DNA from: a virus | Strand: one strand, 5' to 3' | Virus record (IMG/VR): IMGVR_UViG_3300032224_001411 | Span: 2,650-66,649 of that record | DNA length: 64,000 nt | Shown: one piece after another, positions 15,711 to 24,952 of the stretch | Numbering within the stretch: the first letter of the stretch is position 1 | Layout: each line of letters begins with the position of its first letter | Made by a program: the position numbers and the translations under genes | The notes under the pieces: generated by a model | Database searches by the model: none | Told to the model about the DNA's origin: nothing | What the model saw: only the letters and a program-made list of their open reading frames with translations

Positions 15711-17522
15711 CTATGAGTTCTTGCGACCAATCCGCGACAGAACTTCTGCGCCAGCAGTTCCAATCAGAACTGCCGACTTCTCAATCTCGTCAGCGTTCAG
15801 TTTTACGACCTGACCATTCGTGCCAGCGAGGTAGGGGTCAATGATGTTGGTGTAATTATCGAAAGTCAGCCAGAGAACCGCCACGCCTTTTTTCTCACAC
15901 TCCTGAACCCAAGCCCTTGCCCTTTTGCTTTCCTCGTTCGTGTATTGACCGTCAGAAACGACCACGAGCATTTTTGCGCCCTGACTGTCCAGCAGAGTGA
16001 GGTGGCTGTCCAGAGCGCGGAACGCTTGGTCAAACTTCTCTGTGCCGTCTGGGGCAGACCACACGCGAACCTCGTCAAGTTTCTCTCCAAGTCGAAGTGT
16101 CGGGAATACCCCCGAGCCGTAATAGACCATAGCAGTCCGAGCCTGAACGCGCCGACCTGCGTTGGCGAGAACCCACGCTGTCGTTGCCATAGGGTTCATA
16201 GCCATACCCATTGACCCCGATATATCTACCATTACGCCAATCGTCAGAGTTGGCTCGTCTGTGTGCTTACGAGTTTTGGCTTCCCACGCTTCGACTGGCG
16301 TGAATACGCCCTTGCTCTCCAAAGCCTTTGCCTGAACAAGAGAGCGAGTTCGCAACCGACCAGCAGGGAGAACCGAGCGAACTGTGGTCACATCACGCTC
16401 ACGATACTTTGCCTTTTCCAGAAGTTGCCCGACCTTGACCGAGGCTACGCGCTCGGCAGAAGTTGGTTTACGAGTTTCCACGAGCGTAGAGCCAGAGCCA
16501 TTAGTTCCCTGCTCACCAGTTGATTTCGCAAAGACCTTGCCCTGCTCAACCTTGCCCTGCTGTCGGCGTTTGCCGTCAGCGTTGCGTTCTTTCGCTTCGT
16601 CAGCCCACTTCTCGCTCTGCTCACGCTGGGAGAGGCTGTCGTTGGCTCGGAATGAGGTTTCGTCTGCGCTTTCTGCGATTGCTTCTGCGATTGCTTTGGC
16701 AAGAGCCTTGCCCATTCCCTCGCCCTCACCCTCGCTGGGTTCTCCACCCTCGCCCTCGCCCTCACCCTTTTCCTTTTCGCGTTCGGAAACAAGTTGTTCC
16801 CACTCACGCGCCAGAGCGTACAGAGGTTCTGGGTTCTTGTGTGCTGTGTAGTTTTGAGCCTTACGCCAGATAGCGCGGAGTTGGTCATAGAGTTCTTGAC
16901 CGAGGTTATCCACCGCAAGGGCAATTACATCTGCCACATCTCGCTTGTCCAGAACCCCAGCGTCTATTCGCGCACCGACCAGCGCACCGACCTGCGCGAA
17001 AGCGCGAGTTCCCGATAGTTTGGAAAGTGTTTCCTCGTCAAGTTCGCCCAGCACGATTTCCATAGCGGAAGCGCGGAGAAAGTCACGATTGTCGGGAAAG
17101 GTCAGAACGCCAAGAGCCTCAATTCGACTTTCCTCTAACAAGTGAAGTGCCTTGTTCTCGCTCTCGGAAAGTTCCTTGCTTGCCTTTTCCAAATCCCAAA
17201 GAGTGAACCGAGCGTGTAGTGCTTCGTGGAGAATTGCCCCAGTTGCTTTTGGGAACTCGTACTGCTCGTCACGATTGTTGAGGTCACCGACCCACTTCGG
17301 GTCAGCGATACCAAATGCGTTCTTGGCGTGGATTTCGATTTCAGCCAAGCGAGGGTCAAACAGAGCGATTGAGGTTTTACCGCTTTTGAGGTCACCCCCG
17401 AGGTACACCACCAAATCATTTCGTTCTGCCCAGTTGTTTACCAGTTGCCCGACCTGCGAACCTACCGCAAGCCATTCCGAGGGAGTGTGCTTCACTCCAC
17501 TTGTGTTTCCAAAGTGCGACAT
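15711..17522 (-). CDS. VWA-domain protein (CobT-like partner of MoxR AAA+), with N-terminal HExxH
   Basis: MIDAS VMVDISGSM and VVVSDG; HEALH motif; EG-rich acidic linker. Confidence 0.85.
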   Translation of the reverse strand: MSHFGNTSGVKHTPSEWLAVGSQVGQLVNNWAERNDLVVYLGGDLKSGKTSIALFDPRLAEIEIHAKNAFGIADPKWVGDLNNRDEQYEFPKATGAILHEALHARFTLWDLEKASKELSESENKALHLLEESRIEALGVLTFPDNRDFLRASAMEIVLGELDEETLSKLSGTRAFAQVGALVGARIDAGVLDKRDVADVIALAVDNLGQELYDQLRAIWRKAQNYTAHKNPEPLYALAREWEQLVSEREKEKGEGEGEGGEPSEGEGEGMGKALAKAIAEAIAESADETSFRANDSLSQREQSEKWADEAKERNADGKRRQQGKVEQGKVFAKSTGEQGTNGSGSTLVETRKPTSAERVASVKVGQLLEKAKYRERDVTTVRSVLPAGRLRTRSLVQAKALESKGVFTPVEAWEAKTRKHTDEPTLTIGVMVDISGSMGMAMNPMATTAWVLANAGRRVQARTAMVYYGSGVFPTLRLGEKLDEVRVWSAPDGTEKFDQAFRALDSHLTLLDSQGAKMLVVVSDGQYTNEESKRARAWVQECEKKGVAVLWLTFDNYTNIIDPYLAGTNGQVVKLNADEIEKSAVLIGTAGAEVLSRIGRKNS

Positions 17523-17653
17523 TATTTTCACCTTTCGTTGTCGTTGCTTCGATTGTATGTCCAGACCCCCACTCTTGTCAAATGAGAGAGTGGGGCAGGT
17601 AGCCACCATAACTACCTGCCCCGACCTGCTAGGGGTACAGAAAGGACAAGACC

Positions 17654-18697
17654 CTAGATTTTAGCAGGTACACATTCCTCGCCAAAGACCCGACTAAATA
17701 CTTCGACCACAACAGGGCGGTCATTTTCGGGTGACGAGGCAATTAGGTTTTCGATTGCGAACTTTGTACCAAAGGTGTTGGCGAGGTTGCGGAAAGCAAG
17801 CAGTTCTCGGAACTGTGGTGACCACGAGATTTCTCCTGACTGTTGCTTCTTGGAGAGGTTTTGAGCGCAGGTCACCGCAGTAGCAGGTACGCCCAACTTC
17901 TTTGCCAAAGCCCAGTCAGTTGTCATTTCTACCTGCGCCACAAAGCGCGAGAGCAGAGCCTCTGACAGTCGAACGCCAACAGCGTTGGGGTTCGTAGCAC
18001 CAACGACATAGAAGCCGTCTTTTGCCTTGATTGTGCCACGCTCGGGGTTCTGCGTAATGGTCAGTTCTCGTCTGCCGTCAATCAGTCCATAGACCACCGA
18101 GAGAACTTTGGGGTCAATCAGACCAATCTCGTCAATGAGGAGAACCTTGCCCTGCTCGGCGCAACGAGTGAGTGCGCCGTCAATCCACTCAAAGCCACCC
18201 GAGGGAGTTTGGACATAGCCACCAACGAGGTCAGCGACTTCCGTATCCCCAGAGCCGAGGATTGTTTCCAGTTCCTCACCAAAGGTTGCCTCAACGAGTG
18301 CCGTCTTACCGCACCCTGGCGCACCATAGAACAGAGCGTATTGGCTGGTTTCGCGCAACTTGCGAAGTACCTCAACATCAACATTCTCGGAAGTACCCCA
18401 GTTACGCGAGTAGTAAAGTTCACCATTCGGGCGAGGGTAAGAGGTTTCACCCGATAGGGTTTCTGCTTCCACGATTTTCGCTTTCTTGGTTGTGCCAGTT
18501 CCGCGCTTGGTGAGCGTTCCAGCAATCGGGGTGTGAGCCGAGAGCGTATCGCTGTCAGCGAGGAGTGCGGAGTACCCCTGACCTGCTATCGAAGTCAAGA
18601 GTTCTCCAAGACCCTCATACATTCTATCAGTCGTGGCGATACGCTCTTTTTCTGATAGTGCTTGGAGTTCTATATCTGTAATGGTGTTCGTAGGCAT
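17654..18697 (-). CDS. MoxR/CbbQ-type AAA+ ATPase
   Basis: Walker A GAPGCGKT, Walker B LLIDEI, DLVG..., GATNP, LSEALLSRF. Confidence 0.9.
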   Translation of the reverse strand: MPTNTITDIELQALSEKERIATTDRMYEGLGELLTSIAGQGYSALLADSDTLSAHTPIAGTLTKRGTGTTKKAKIVEAETLSGETSYPRPNGELYYSRNWGTSENVDVEVLRKLRETSQYALFYGAPGCGKTALVEATFGEELETILGSGDTEVADLVGGYVQTPSGGFEWIDGALTRCAEQGKVLLIDEIGLIDPKVLSVVYGLIDGRRELTITQNPERGTIKAKDGFYVVGATNPNAVGVRLSEALLSRFVAQVEMTTDWALAKKLGVPATAVTCAQNLSKKQQSGEISWSPQFRELLAFRNLANTFGTKFAIENLIASSPENDRPVVVEVFSRVFGEECVPAKI

Positions 18698-18712
18698 TTT
18701 GGTTGTCCTTTC

Positions 18713-19216
18713 CTATTCTACGATTTCGGTGATTAGTTCCTCGGGGAAGTTGGCTTCCTTACGAGCGCGACCAATCCTGCGGATTAGTGCTTGTGGTGTG
18801 TTCCAAGAAACGGTGTCAATCAAATCCTCTAACGAGAACTCAATGGCAAGTGGCTTCTCAACTAACGACCACTCGTTATTGTAAAGATTGTTGAGGAGAG
18901 TTGTCAAATCAACAATAGTTTTGTTGGCAAGCGTGAGCGCGTGGTCGGGGTCAGAGAGTTCTTTGATTTCCCCGATACACATATCTTTGCGGATAGCGAC
19001 AACATCTGTGTTCGCTGTCGTGTAGCACCGCCACGGCTTTTTTGGTGACCACGAGGAAATCTGCCTACGCCAAGTAGAAACAGGAACATACTTTCCTTTA
19101 TCGTCAATACCCTCGGGAGTGAGGATAATCTGTGCTGTGTTTACGCCCTTGCGGAACTCCAAGTAGAGTGCCTTGCCAATCAGGTTGGCGTGGTTGGGGA
19201 TTGCTTCATCAGTCAT
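18713..19216 (-). CDS. Hypothetical protein, first gene of the AAA operon
   Basis: RBS GAAAGGA; promoter 19283. Confidence 0.75.
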   Translation of the reverse strand: MTDEAIPNHANLIGKALYLEFRKGVNTAQIILTPEGIDDKGKYVPVSTWRRQISSWSPKKPWRCYTTANTDVVAIRKDMCIGEIKELSDPDHALTLANKTIVDLTTLLNNLYNNEWSLVEKPLAIEFSLEDLIDTVSWNTPQALIRRIGRARKEANFPEELITEIVE

Positions 19217-19295
19217 TGTTTGTCCTTTCGTTTGACTGGTGGATTTTGCTTACAAGTCGAACTTACACTTGTTTGTTGTTCGTGTCAAGTTGAGA

Positions 19296-19868
19296 TTAGT
19301 AGTGGAAATCAACTGGAACGAGATACTGCTTCTGGGGTTCTTTTTCACAACGCTCGGAGAAGTGGGCAAGAGTTGGATAGCCAGTTTCCAAATCAAAGAA
19401 CCTGCTGTCTGCTGTCCATTCTCCGCTCAACATATCAATAACTCTTTTGAGTTGCCAGAACTCCATAGACGAGGGGACTTTGATTGCTGAATAAGAACTG
19501 TATTCGGAAACAAGAGTGTTGAGGTCAATACCAACAGGCATACATTCCCTCATCTCTTGCTTCACATCAGAAGCGAACCGAGCCAGCGTGTATTCCGCGA
19601 GTTCGGGGTTATCTGCGTAGCAGAGGATATCGGGAACGCTCGTGAAAGAGGCTTCATCATCAGTCATTTCTTTCTCAGAGAGTTCTTTTATCTGCGCCTC
19701 TGTGAGGAACACCCCACCAGTCCAGCGACCAGCAAAGGGTGGCATACTGCCAGCGTTGTGCCAGTCAGACCACTCGGGGTTGATGTGTTCCGTAATTTGG
19801 AACTGAACTCTGTCGTATGCTTCCTGCTCGCTGTCTGCTGTGATAAGCATAATTTGTATCGTGTGCAT
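19296..19868 (-). CDS. Hypothetical protein ending VPVDFHY
   Basis: WSDW...GRW motif; long ORF. Confidence 0.7.
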   Translation of the reverse strand: MHTIQIMLITADSEQEAYDRVQFQITEHINPEWSDWHNAGSMPPFAGRWTGGVFLTEAQIKELSEKEMTDDEASFTSVPDILCYADNPELAEYTLARFASDVKQEMRECMPVGIDLNTLVSEYSSYSAIKVPSSMEFWQLKRVIDMLSGEWTADSRFFDLETGYPTLAHFSERCEKEPQKQYLVPVDFHY

Positions 19869-19985
19869 CTCGCGCCCTTTCTGACGGTTAGGTCAAATCT
19901 AGCGCACACGCCGATACTTCGCAAGTCGCAATGCTCACGGTTGAGGTTTTTTGAGGTCTACCTCGCCTGCACTTTTTTTTCAGCG

Positions 19986-20210
19986 CTAGGGGTAGATAAC
20001 AGGTGTATAGCACGCCTCGCAGGCTAGCCACATATCGCGATCGCTCTTGTCGACTACGATCACAAATGAATAAAGCTCTCCGTCTACATATCCAACGTCT
20101 TCTCGGCACGCCTCGCAATGGGGGATGTCGTACTCGTCTAAGTAGCCCGCGGCTTCCGCCTTCATAAGGTCGGATGAAGATGAGACAAGAAAGATATCGA
20201 ATTGCTCCAT
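19986..20210 (-). CDS. Small Zn-binding hypothetical protein
   Basis: CEAC twice. Confidence 0.55.
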   Translation of the reverse strand: MEQFDIFLVSSSSDLMKAEAAGYLDEYDIPHCEACREDVGYVDGELYSFVIVVDKSDRDMWLACEACYTPVIYP

Positions 20211-20250
20211 ACGTATATAGTACCCGATTTGCCGTCGGTCTAGATTTGTG

Positions 20251-20553
20251 CTATGGAGTCATGCCTCGGTTAGAGGCACGCCAGACACTGGCCGAGTGAT
20301 TCTCTTCGATGCTTGCCTTGTGGTCTGCGTCGTCATATAAACGAAGGATGTGAATGCAGGGGTCCCCTCCGTCGGAGAATTCTGCATCTTCGCTCTCGCT
20401 GAGGGGCACACCGTCATGAGTCTCGCATACCGGAACGCCGGCCCATCCGTTGGCATATCCAATCTGTAACCAGGCCTCAAAGTCCATCGGTTCATTGTCT
20501 ACAGGTTCTAGCATGCCTTGCCTTTCAAAATTGTTATCGGTTAAGTACTTCAC
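20251..20553 (-). CDS. Hypothetical actinophage-type protein
   Basis: WL..G..NGW....C.THDG.P...E..EF..G.DPC.H.LRL. Confidence 0.7.
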   Translation of the reverse strand: MKYLTDNNFERQGMLEPVDNEPMDFEAWLQIGYANGWAGVPVCETHDGVPLSESEDAEFSDGGDPCIHILRLYDDADHKASIEENHSASVWRASNRGMTP

Positions 20554-20628
20554 ACTATACCAGGCCGGAAGCTCAAATAAAAAGAAACGCTCTCTACTTT
20601 TGTAGAGAGCGCTCTTGAAGAGAGTTAC

Positions 20629-20766
20629 TTAAGCGGTTGCTTCTTCTTCTTCGTCGCCTTCAACGTCGTCAGCGTCATCTTCGATAACGGCTGCTTCTGC
20701 TTCTTCGATTTCTTCAGCTTCTACTGCTTCAACTTCAACTTCGTGGTCGATGTTCTCTTCGGTCAT
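20629..20766 (-). CDS. 45-aa extremely acidic peptide
   Basis: MTEENIDHEVEVEAVEAEEIEEAEAAVIEDDADDVEGDEEEEATA; RBS AAAGGA; terminator hairpin at about 20588-20613. Confidence 0.7.
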   Translation of the reverse strand: MTEENIDHEVEVEAVEAEEIEEAEAAVIEDDADDVEGDEEEEATA

Positions 20767-20942
20767 GATTTATTTCCTTTTGCTAGGTGTGCGGGATTTG
20801 AAATGCCAAAAAAGATCATTTCACTAAATGATATCACATCTTCTTCTCGTGGCTCTCCAGGTAGATCTAAGCTGCGGTTAACTTTGAATGAACGTTCGTT
20901 GTAAGTTTTGCCGGATGCGGGATGGCGCTGCCGGTAAAACTT

Positions 20943-21728
20943 TTAATCAACGCTCGTAAAAAGTTTTGATGTCTCGGCCAGCTTCCTGAGCGTCCCTGGA
21001 TTTGGGATGCCCGCAGCGCGCTCTCCCTGGAAACCAAGGCTTCGTTCAAAGTTAGCGAAGGCGGACCTGGTCTTGTGATCAAACTCGCCACGGGGTGCAC
21101 CTCGAAGACCAACCACTGCAGAAAGGGCCAGTTGTATAATAACAACACTAGGGTGCTTTAGACCTGGTCGGATGATGGAGCTGTGGACAACGGGTAGCTT
21201 TTGTTCTTTCGTTGAAAGTTCCGGACTTGAGCCGGCCGCGCTCAACTTTGGACGAGCGAATGCTAGTACTTCGTATACGTAACGGGTCCGTCGGTAAACC
21301 CCGTTCTTCGATGAGTTACCTTTTGGCAAGCCTGAGTCGGTTTGGCCTTCGATGCATTGGAACATGCCGTGTTTCGTGAAATGTTCGACGTCCGTTACCA
21401 GGCCAACGTGTGGCTGGCCAAATGGGATTGTGCTCGAATCTGATGACGGTTCAAAGAATACGATATCACCAGGCCGTGGATTTTTGTAGATGCGATTCTC
21501 AGACATGTAACGAGCAAGAATGCTAGCGGTTAAAACATGTGATGCGCATACCAGGCCGGCACGTTTGATGACGACGTCCAGAAAAGCTCCTGCCCAAGGG
21601 ATGCCTGGTTGGCCGACGGTTTGTGAAAACATGTCTGCTTGTTGAAACGGTGCCGTATATCCGATGTACTTTTCAGCCTCGGTTATTAAAAGCGCTGCCT
21701 GCTTACTGGCCCTACTGATCTTTATCAT
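20943..21728 (-). CDS. CHAP-like peptidoglycan hydrolase with C-terminal PG-binding-like domain
   Basis: PWAGAF...PRPGDIVFF...HVGLV...IEGQT; the usual catalytic Cys (WC) reads WA. Confidence 0.7.
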   Translation of the reverse strand: MIKISRASKQAALLITEAEKYIGYTAPFQQADMFSQTVGQPGIPWAGAFLDVVIKRAGLVCASHVLTASILARYMSENRIYKNPRPGDIVFFEPSSDSSTIPFGQPHVGLVTDVEHFTKHGMFQCIEGQTDSGLPKGNSSKNGVYRRTRYVYEVLAFARPKLSAAGSSPELSTKEQKLPVVHSSIIRPGLKHPSVVIIQLALSAVVGLRGAPRGEFDHKTRSAFANFERSLGFQGERAAGIPNPGTLRKLAETSKLFTSVD

Positions 21729-21882
21729 ACAACTGCTCCTCAAGCATGTTGACTAGCTGGGCCGCTTCGTTGGCCCTTGCTGTCAATCTTACATGCTCGA
21801 TGCGGGTTGTGGCAAGTTTTACGTCGTCAAGCATGTGGCGTGCTAAAACTTTTGCGTATTCAAGTAAGGCTGGATTTGTCAT
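21712..21882 (-). CDS. 56-aa hypothetical protein
   Basis: MTNPALLEYAKVLARHML...; ATGA overlap with the upstream gene. Confidence 0.55.
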   Translation of the reverse strand: MTNPALLEYAKVLARHMLDDVKLATTRIEHVRLTARANEAAQLVNMLEEQLYDKDQ

Positions 21883-22880
21883 TCGTTCGTTGTTTCTTTC
21901 TCTTCGGTGCTGTTTGGTTTTTCCTGGATGACCTCGACGTCGATGATCTTTGAATCATCTTCGTTCGAAGTTTTACCGGCTGCGGCCGTCGGATCTCCGG
22001 GAACTTCGATTCCTGCGTCGTGCAATCTTGCCGCTGCACTAGATGCATTCACCGCAAGTCTTGATAGACGTTCGGCAATGACGGACGCTGCGGGACGTGC
22101 GTCGATGTTGATGTTTGCATCAAGCTCGACCCCGCCGCGGACGCCCGCGCGATCGAGGATCTCCGTCGCAGCTTTGAGCTTTACAGGTTCGGACTCTGCT
22201 GTTTCCATCATTTGTTCAAGGACATCGACGGCGTAAGGAGCTGCCTGGGTTAACTTTGCACGAGCTCGTTCGATGTCATCTCCGGGACGGTGCTTGAGTG
22301 ATCTCAAGTGCACGCGGCACAAGCCGTCGTCTGTTAGACGTCCGGAAGACCACAACATGCAACGAAGTCCATCATCCTTGACAGCTGTGCATCTTGTTGG
22401 AAAAGCCAGCGGTTGACGTTTTTTAGATGGGGACGGGCCGCTTTCTTGTTCTTTGATCCATGCGCGCGTTGCACCAATTACCCAAGGGGGAACAAGGTAA
22501 TCGGTTGCCTCTTCTGCGATTAAGTCCAGGCCGGTGAGGTAGTCGGAGTTTTTATTATCAGGATTAGTAAGGATGGGCTTTTTCTCATTGAGAGAAATGA
22601 CGCGCTTCTGCGTGGCCATCTCTTCTGAGACTGCCTGGATGAGACCGGTTGGGATTCCGTTCGTTGCATATACGGGTAACCAGTTTAAGTGGGCGCGCCT
22701 GAGAATGGCACGGTTCTCATATGTATCTTCACACACGCCGCGGTCGGTTTCTTCAATACCGATTGCGGATAAGTCAGGCCGGATGTTCGGCATTGTGTTG
22801 ATTTCAACGATTGGCTTTTCCGGTTCGGGTGTATTGAACGGGTCTAGATCAAGGGCGGTTGATGGCGTGTCTTTTATCAT
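21879..22880 (-). CDS. Hypothetical protein, possibly terminase-small-subunit-like
   Basis: RCTAV..DG.RC...LC.VH, then ARAKL...E.VKLKAATEILDRAG. Confidence 0.45.
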   Translation of the reverse strand: MIKDTPSTALDLDPFNTPEPEKPIVEINTMPNIRPDLSAIGIEETDRGVCEDTYENRAILRRAHLNWLPVYATNGIPTGLIQAVSEEMATQKRVISLNEKKPILTNPDNKNSDYLTGLDLIAEEATDYLVPPWVIGATRAWIKEQESGPSPSKKRQPLAFPTRCTAVKDDGLRCMLWSSGRLTDDGLCRVHLRSLKHRPGDDIERARAKLTQAAPYAVDVLEQMMETAESEPVKLKAATEILDRAGVRGGVELDANINIDARPAASVIAERLSRLAVNASSAAARLHDAGIEVPGDPTAAAGKTSNEDDSKIIDVEVIQEKPNSTEEKETTNE

Positions 22881-23498
22881 ATGAGTTTTACGTACTGTTC
22901 GTTAGAAGTTAGGCCGACGGGATGAAACTTGGGGAGAGGCTGTTCATCCCGTCGGGGTTCGTTGCATCTTGCGTACGTGCATTGCAGCGAAGGGCCTCTT
23001 CCCACGAACTTCGTTAAAAGTTCGATGAGAACATCTTCTCATGGTTTCAAAAAGTTTTTTTCGCGTGAGGAGAGAGATAGCAGGTCCCCTGGTTTAGAAA
23101 CAAAAACAAAAACCCCGTAAAATCAAGGTTTTTGATTTTACGAGGTCTTGTTTAGGAAGTGCTTTGGATTTTACCTATTTACAATCGCAGTGACCACACT
23201 CGCAACTGTTTGCCATTGGCAAAATAGCGCGAACGCTTGGGTGGTCTACACCAGCAAATTGTCCATTGTCTAGACGTATCATTCTTTCAGCTCTTGTACG
23301 AGGATTTTTAGACGCTTTTCCTACGAGTAGGTTTTTTAGCCACAGTTTCAGTCTTAGGAACATTTATATTTTCACCTGCTTCCTGCTTCTCGTATCCAAC
23401 ATTACACTCACACTCACAGATAAACTTGTCAAACTCTCCGACACAGCCTAAGCAGTGGTCGCAACCTTTGTGATGTGAGGTACTGCACCACCCACATA

Positions 23499-24221
23499 TC
23501 ATCGGATTGCGTATCGAGTTTCTTTGTGGTGGTAAATCTTGATTGTAGGGTCAAGCATAATTTTGTATCCTTTCTCTCGGGCATTCATACACCAAGAGTA
23601 ATCTTCTCCTACATTGCACTCAAAGTCAAGTCCGTCCCACTTCACGCCTCGAATCCTGAACCACGGTCTATCGCAATTCTCAAATACGCCTTGCTTCATA
23701 GCGACAAATCCAAACCCTACTCCAAAGACTTCTTGGACTTCTTCATTCATAAAGAAGTCAATTTCATTCACCATCTTAGGTTTTCCACTCTCGTCAAAGA
23801 ACGAAACTGCGACGGTTCCATCTGGGGAGGTTTGATACAAGCCACTAATCACATCTTCATCGGATTGATAGAGCCTGACAAAATCTTCGACGTCCCACTC
23901 AATATCGGAATCAATCCAAATGATTTTGTCGTAGGTAAACTTACCAGCACCAATCTCTCTGGTCTCCCAGTTATTTTTGTATTCATCAATGGCGGTCAGT
24001 TCTCGTGCGCTTGGTACAAAGGAAGATTGCTTTGATAAGAACTTGTAGTCAAGCCCTTCCGAGTTTAGCCATTTAGTTGTCTCAACGAGGCTGTTCACAT
24101 ACTCGGAGTGCATCACCTTTCCTGGTGTTGCAATAACTACGTGATAGTGAGGCTTTGGTTCACTCGATAAATTCGTCATTTGTTGTAGTGCACTGTCCAT
24201 ATGATTTACATCTTTCTTCAT
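23499..24221 (-). CDS. Glycosyltransferase (GT-A fold)
   Basis: VIATP...AR...WIDSDI...GFGFV.MK..VF...GED.SWC. Confidence 0.8.
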   Translation of the reverse strand: MKKDVNHMDSALQQMTNLSSEPKPHYHVVIATPGKVMHSEYVNSLVETTKWLNSEGLDYKFLSKQSSFVPSARELTAIDEYKNNWETREIGAGKFTYDKIIWIDSDIEWDVEDFVRLYQSDEDVISGLYQTSPDGTVAVSFFDESGKPKMVNEIDFFMNEEVQEVFGVGFGFVAMKQGVFENCDRPWFRIRGVKWDGLDFECNVGEDYSWCMNAREKGYKIMLDPTIKIYHHKETRYAIR

Positions 24222-24384
24222 TTAGGTCGCATGAACTACACACCTTGCCATCTCCATCGCAATAGCGGCAGTTAGTCCATTCGTCATTGATTGCTTCGCC
24301 ATCTTCTTCAGACAGCCAGCCATACTTAGGCAACTCGCCAGTACCGTCACAATACTCGCAGTCATATAAGTCTGACCTACTCAT
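24160..24384 (-). CDS. DnaJ-type CxxCxGxG Zn-finger small protein
   Basis: CEYCDGTG...CRYCDGDG. Confidence 0.6.
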   Translation of the reverse strand: MSRSDLYDCEYCDGTGELPKYGWLSEEDGEAINDEWTNCRYCDGDGKVCSSCDLNEERCKSYGQCTTTNDEFIE

Positions 24385-24724
24385 CGTTATCATCCTCATC
24401 TTCTTCTTCAAAGATAGAGTTTTTTCCGTCGCTCATCTCCATCCATGCTTTAATCAGGCGGTTTACTTCCTTGATAGGCATAACAGAGATTTTGTCCCAG
24501 TCCTCGTTATTTATGAGGCACAGTTGGAGAATATCCATAAGCACCACCATCTTTTTATCACCAGGAGTAAGCATGAATTGGCGCATCTGCATCATCGGCA
24601 TCTCTTGTAGTGATATAAGTCTTACGACACCAATGCTGGTCTCAATCGCAACTTGATCGATCTCGTTGTAACTATCAGCGATCATCTTCTCTTGTCGCTT
24701 AGTTAGAGTTTTTCTTATTGCCAC
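24377..24724 (-). CDS. Hypothetical protein
   Basis: ORF; start uncertain. Confidence 0.55.
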   Translation of the reverse strand: MAIRKTLTKRQEKMIADSYNEIDQVAIETSIGVVRLISLQEMPMMQMRQFMLTPGDKKMVVLMDILQLCLINNEDWDKISVMPIKEVNRLIKAWMEMSDGKNSIFEEEDEDDNDE

Positions 24725-24725
24725 T

Positions 24726-24950
24726 TTAATCCTCTTCTGGGTCGAAGTAGTCGTCAAGGTCTCTTTCCCAGCAGACCCCTTCGCCATCGCACGTAAACAC
24801 GTCGTTAAGGCATTCCCCACATATTGTACCTTCTCCTGCACAATTAGGACAGTCAATAGTGAAGTCACGCAAATGAACATCCCAACTTGCCCCGTTGCCT
24901 TCGCAAACGGAGCAGGTGATGAGTCGTTCATATTTACCCTTGCTTGTCAT
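24726..24950 (-). CDS. DnaJ-type CxxCxGxG Zn-finger small protein
   Basis: CSVCEGNG...CPNCAGEG. Confidence 0.6.
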   Translation of the reverse strand: MTSKGKYERLITCSVCEGNGASWDVHLRDFTIDCPNCAGEGTICGECLNDVFTCDGEGVCWERDLDDYFDPEED

Positions 24951-24952
24951 TG

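Larger units (their letters stand above)
1538..19288 (-). promoter_or_regulatory. Series of ~23 co-oriented sigma70/SigA-type early promoters
   Basis: TTGACA/TTGACT -35 boxes (+ strand TGTCAA/AGTCAA) start at 1561, 2207, 2961, 3640, 4351, 4828, 5396, 6182, 6750, 7321, 7964, 8546, 9395, 9988, 10645, 11322, 11889, 12570, 13266, 14379, 15654, 17576, 19283; each has an xAxxxT -10 box 17-18 bp downstream and an RBS-led ORF after it. Confidence 0.88.

Noticed and set aside
2901-17609. N-terminal extensions given by the ORF track (e.g. 3065, 5382, 6168, 6755, 10650, 13319, 14384, 17609)
   Set aside because: They run through the -35/-10 boxes (several start on the TTG of TTGAC). Downstream starts with a clear RBS were used instead.
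923-20027. Numerous + strand ORFs in the ORF track across the early region
   Set aside because: They are shadows of minus-strand genes or read through spacer repeats (e.g. FYGF/FTV from ACGGTTTT), and they lack RBS or promoter support.
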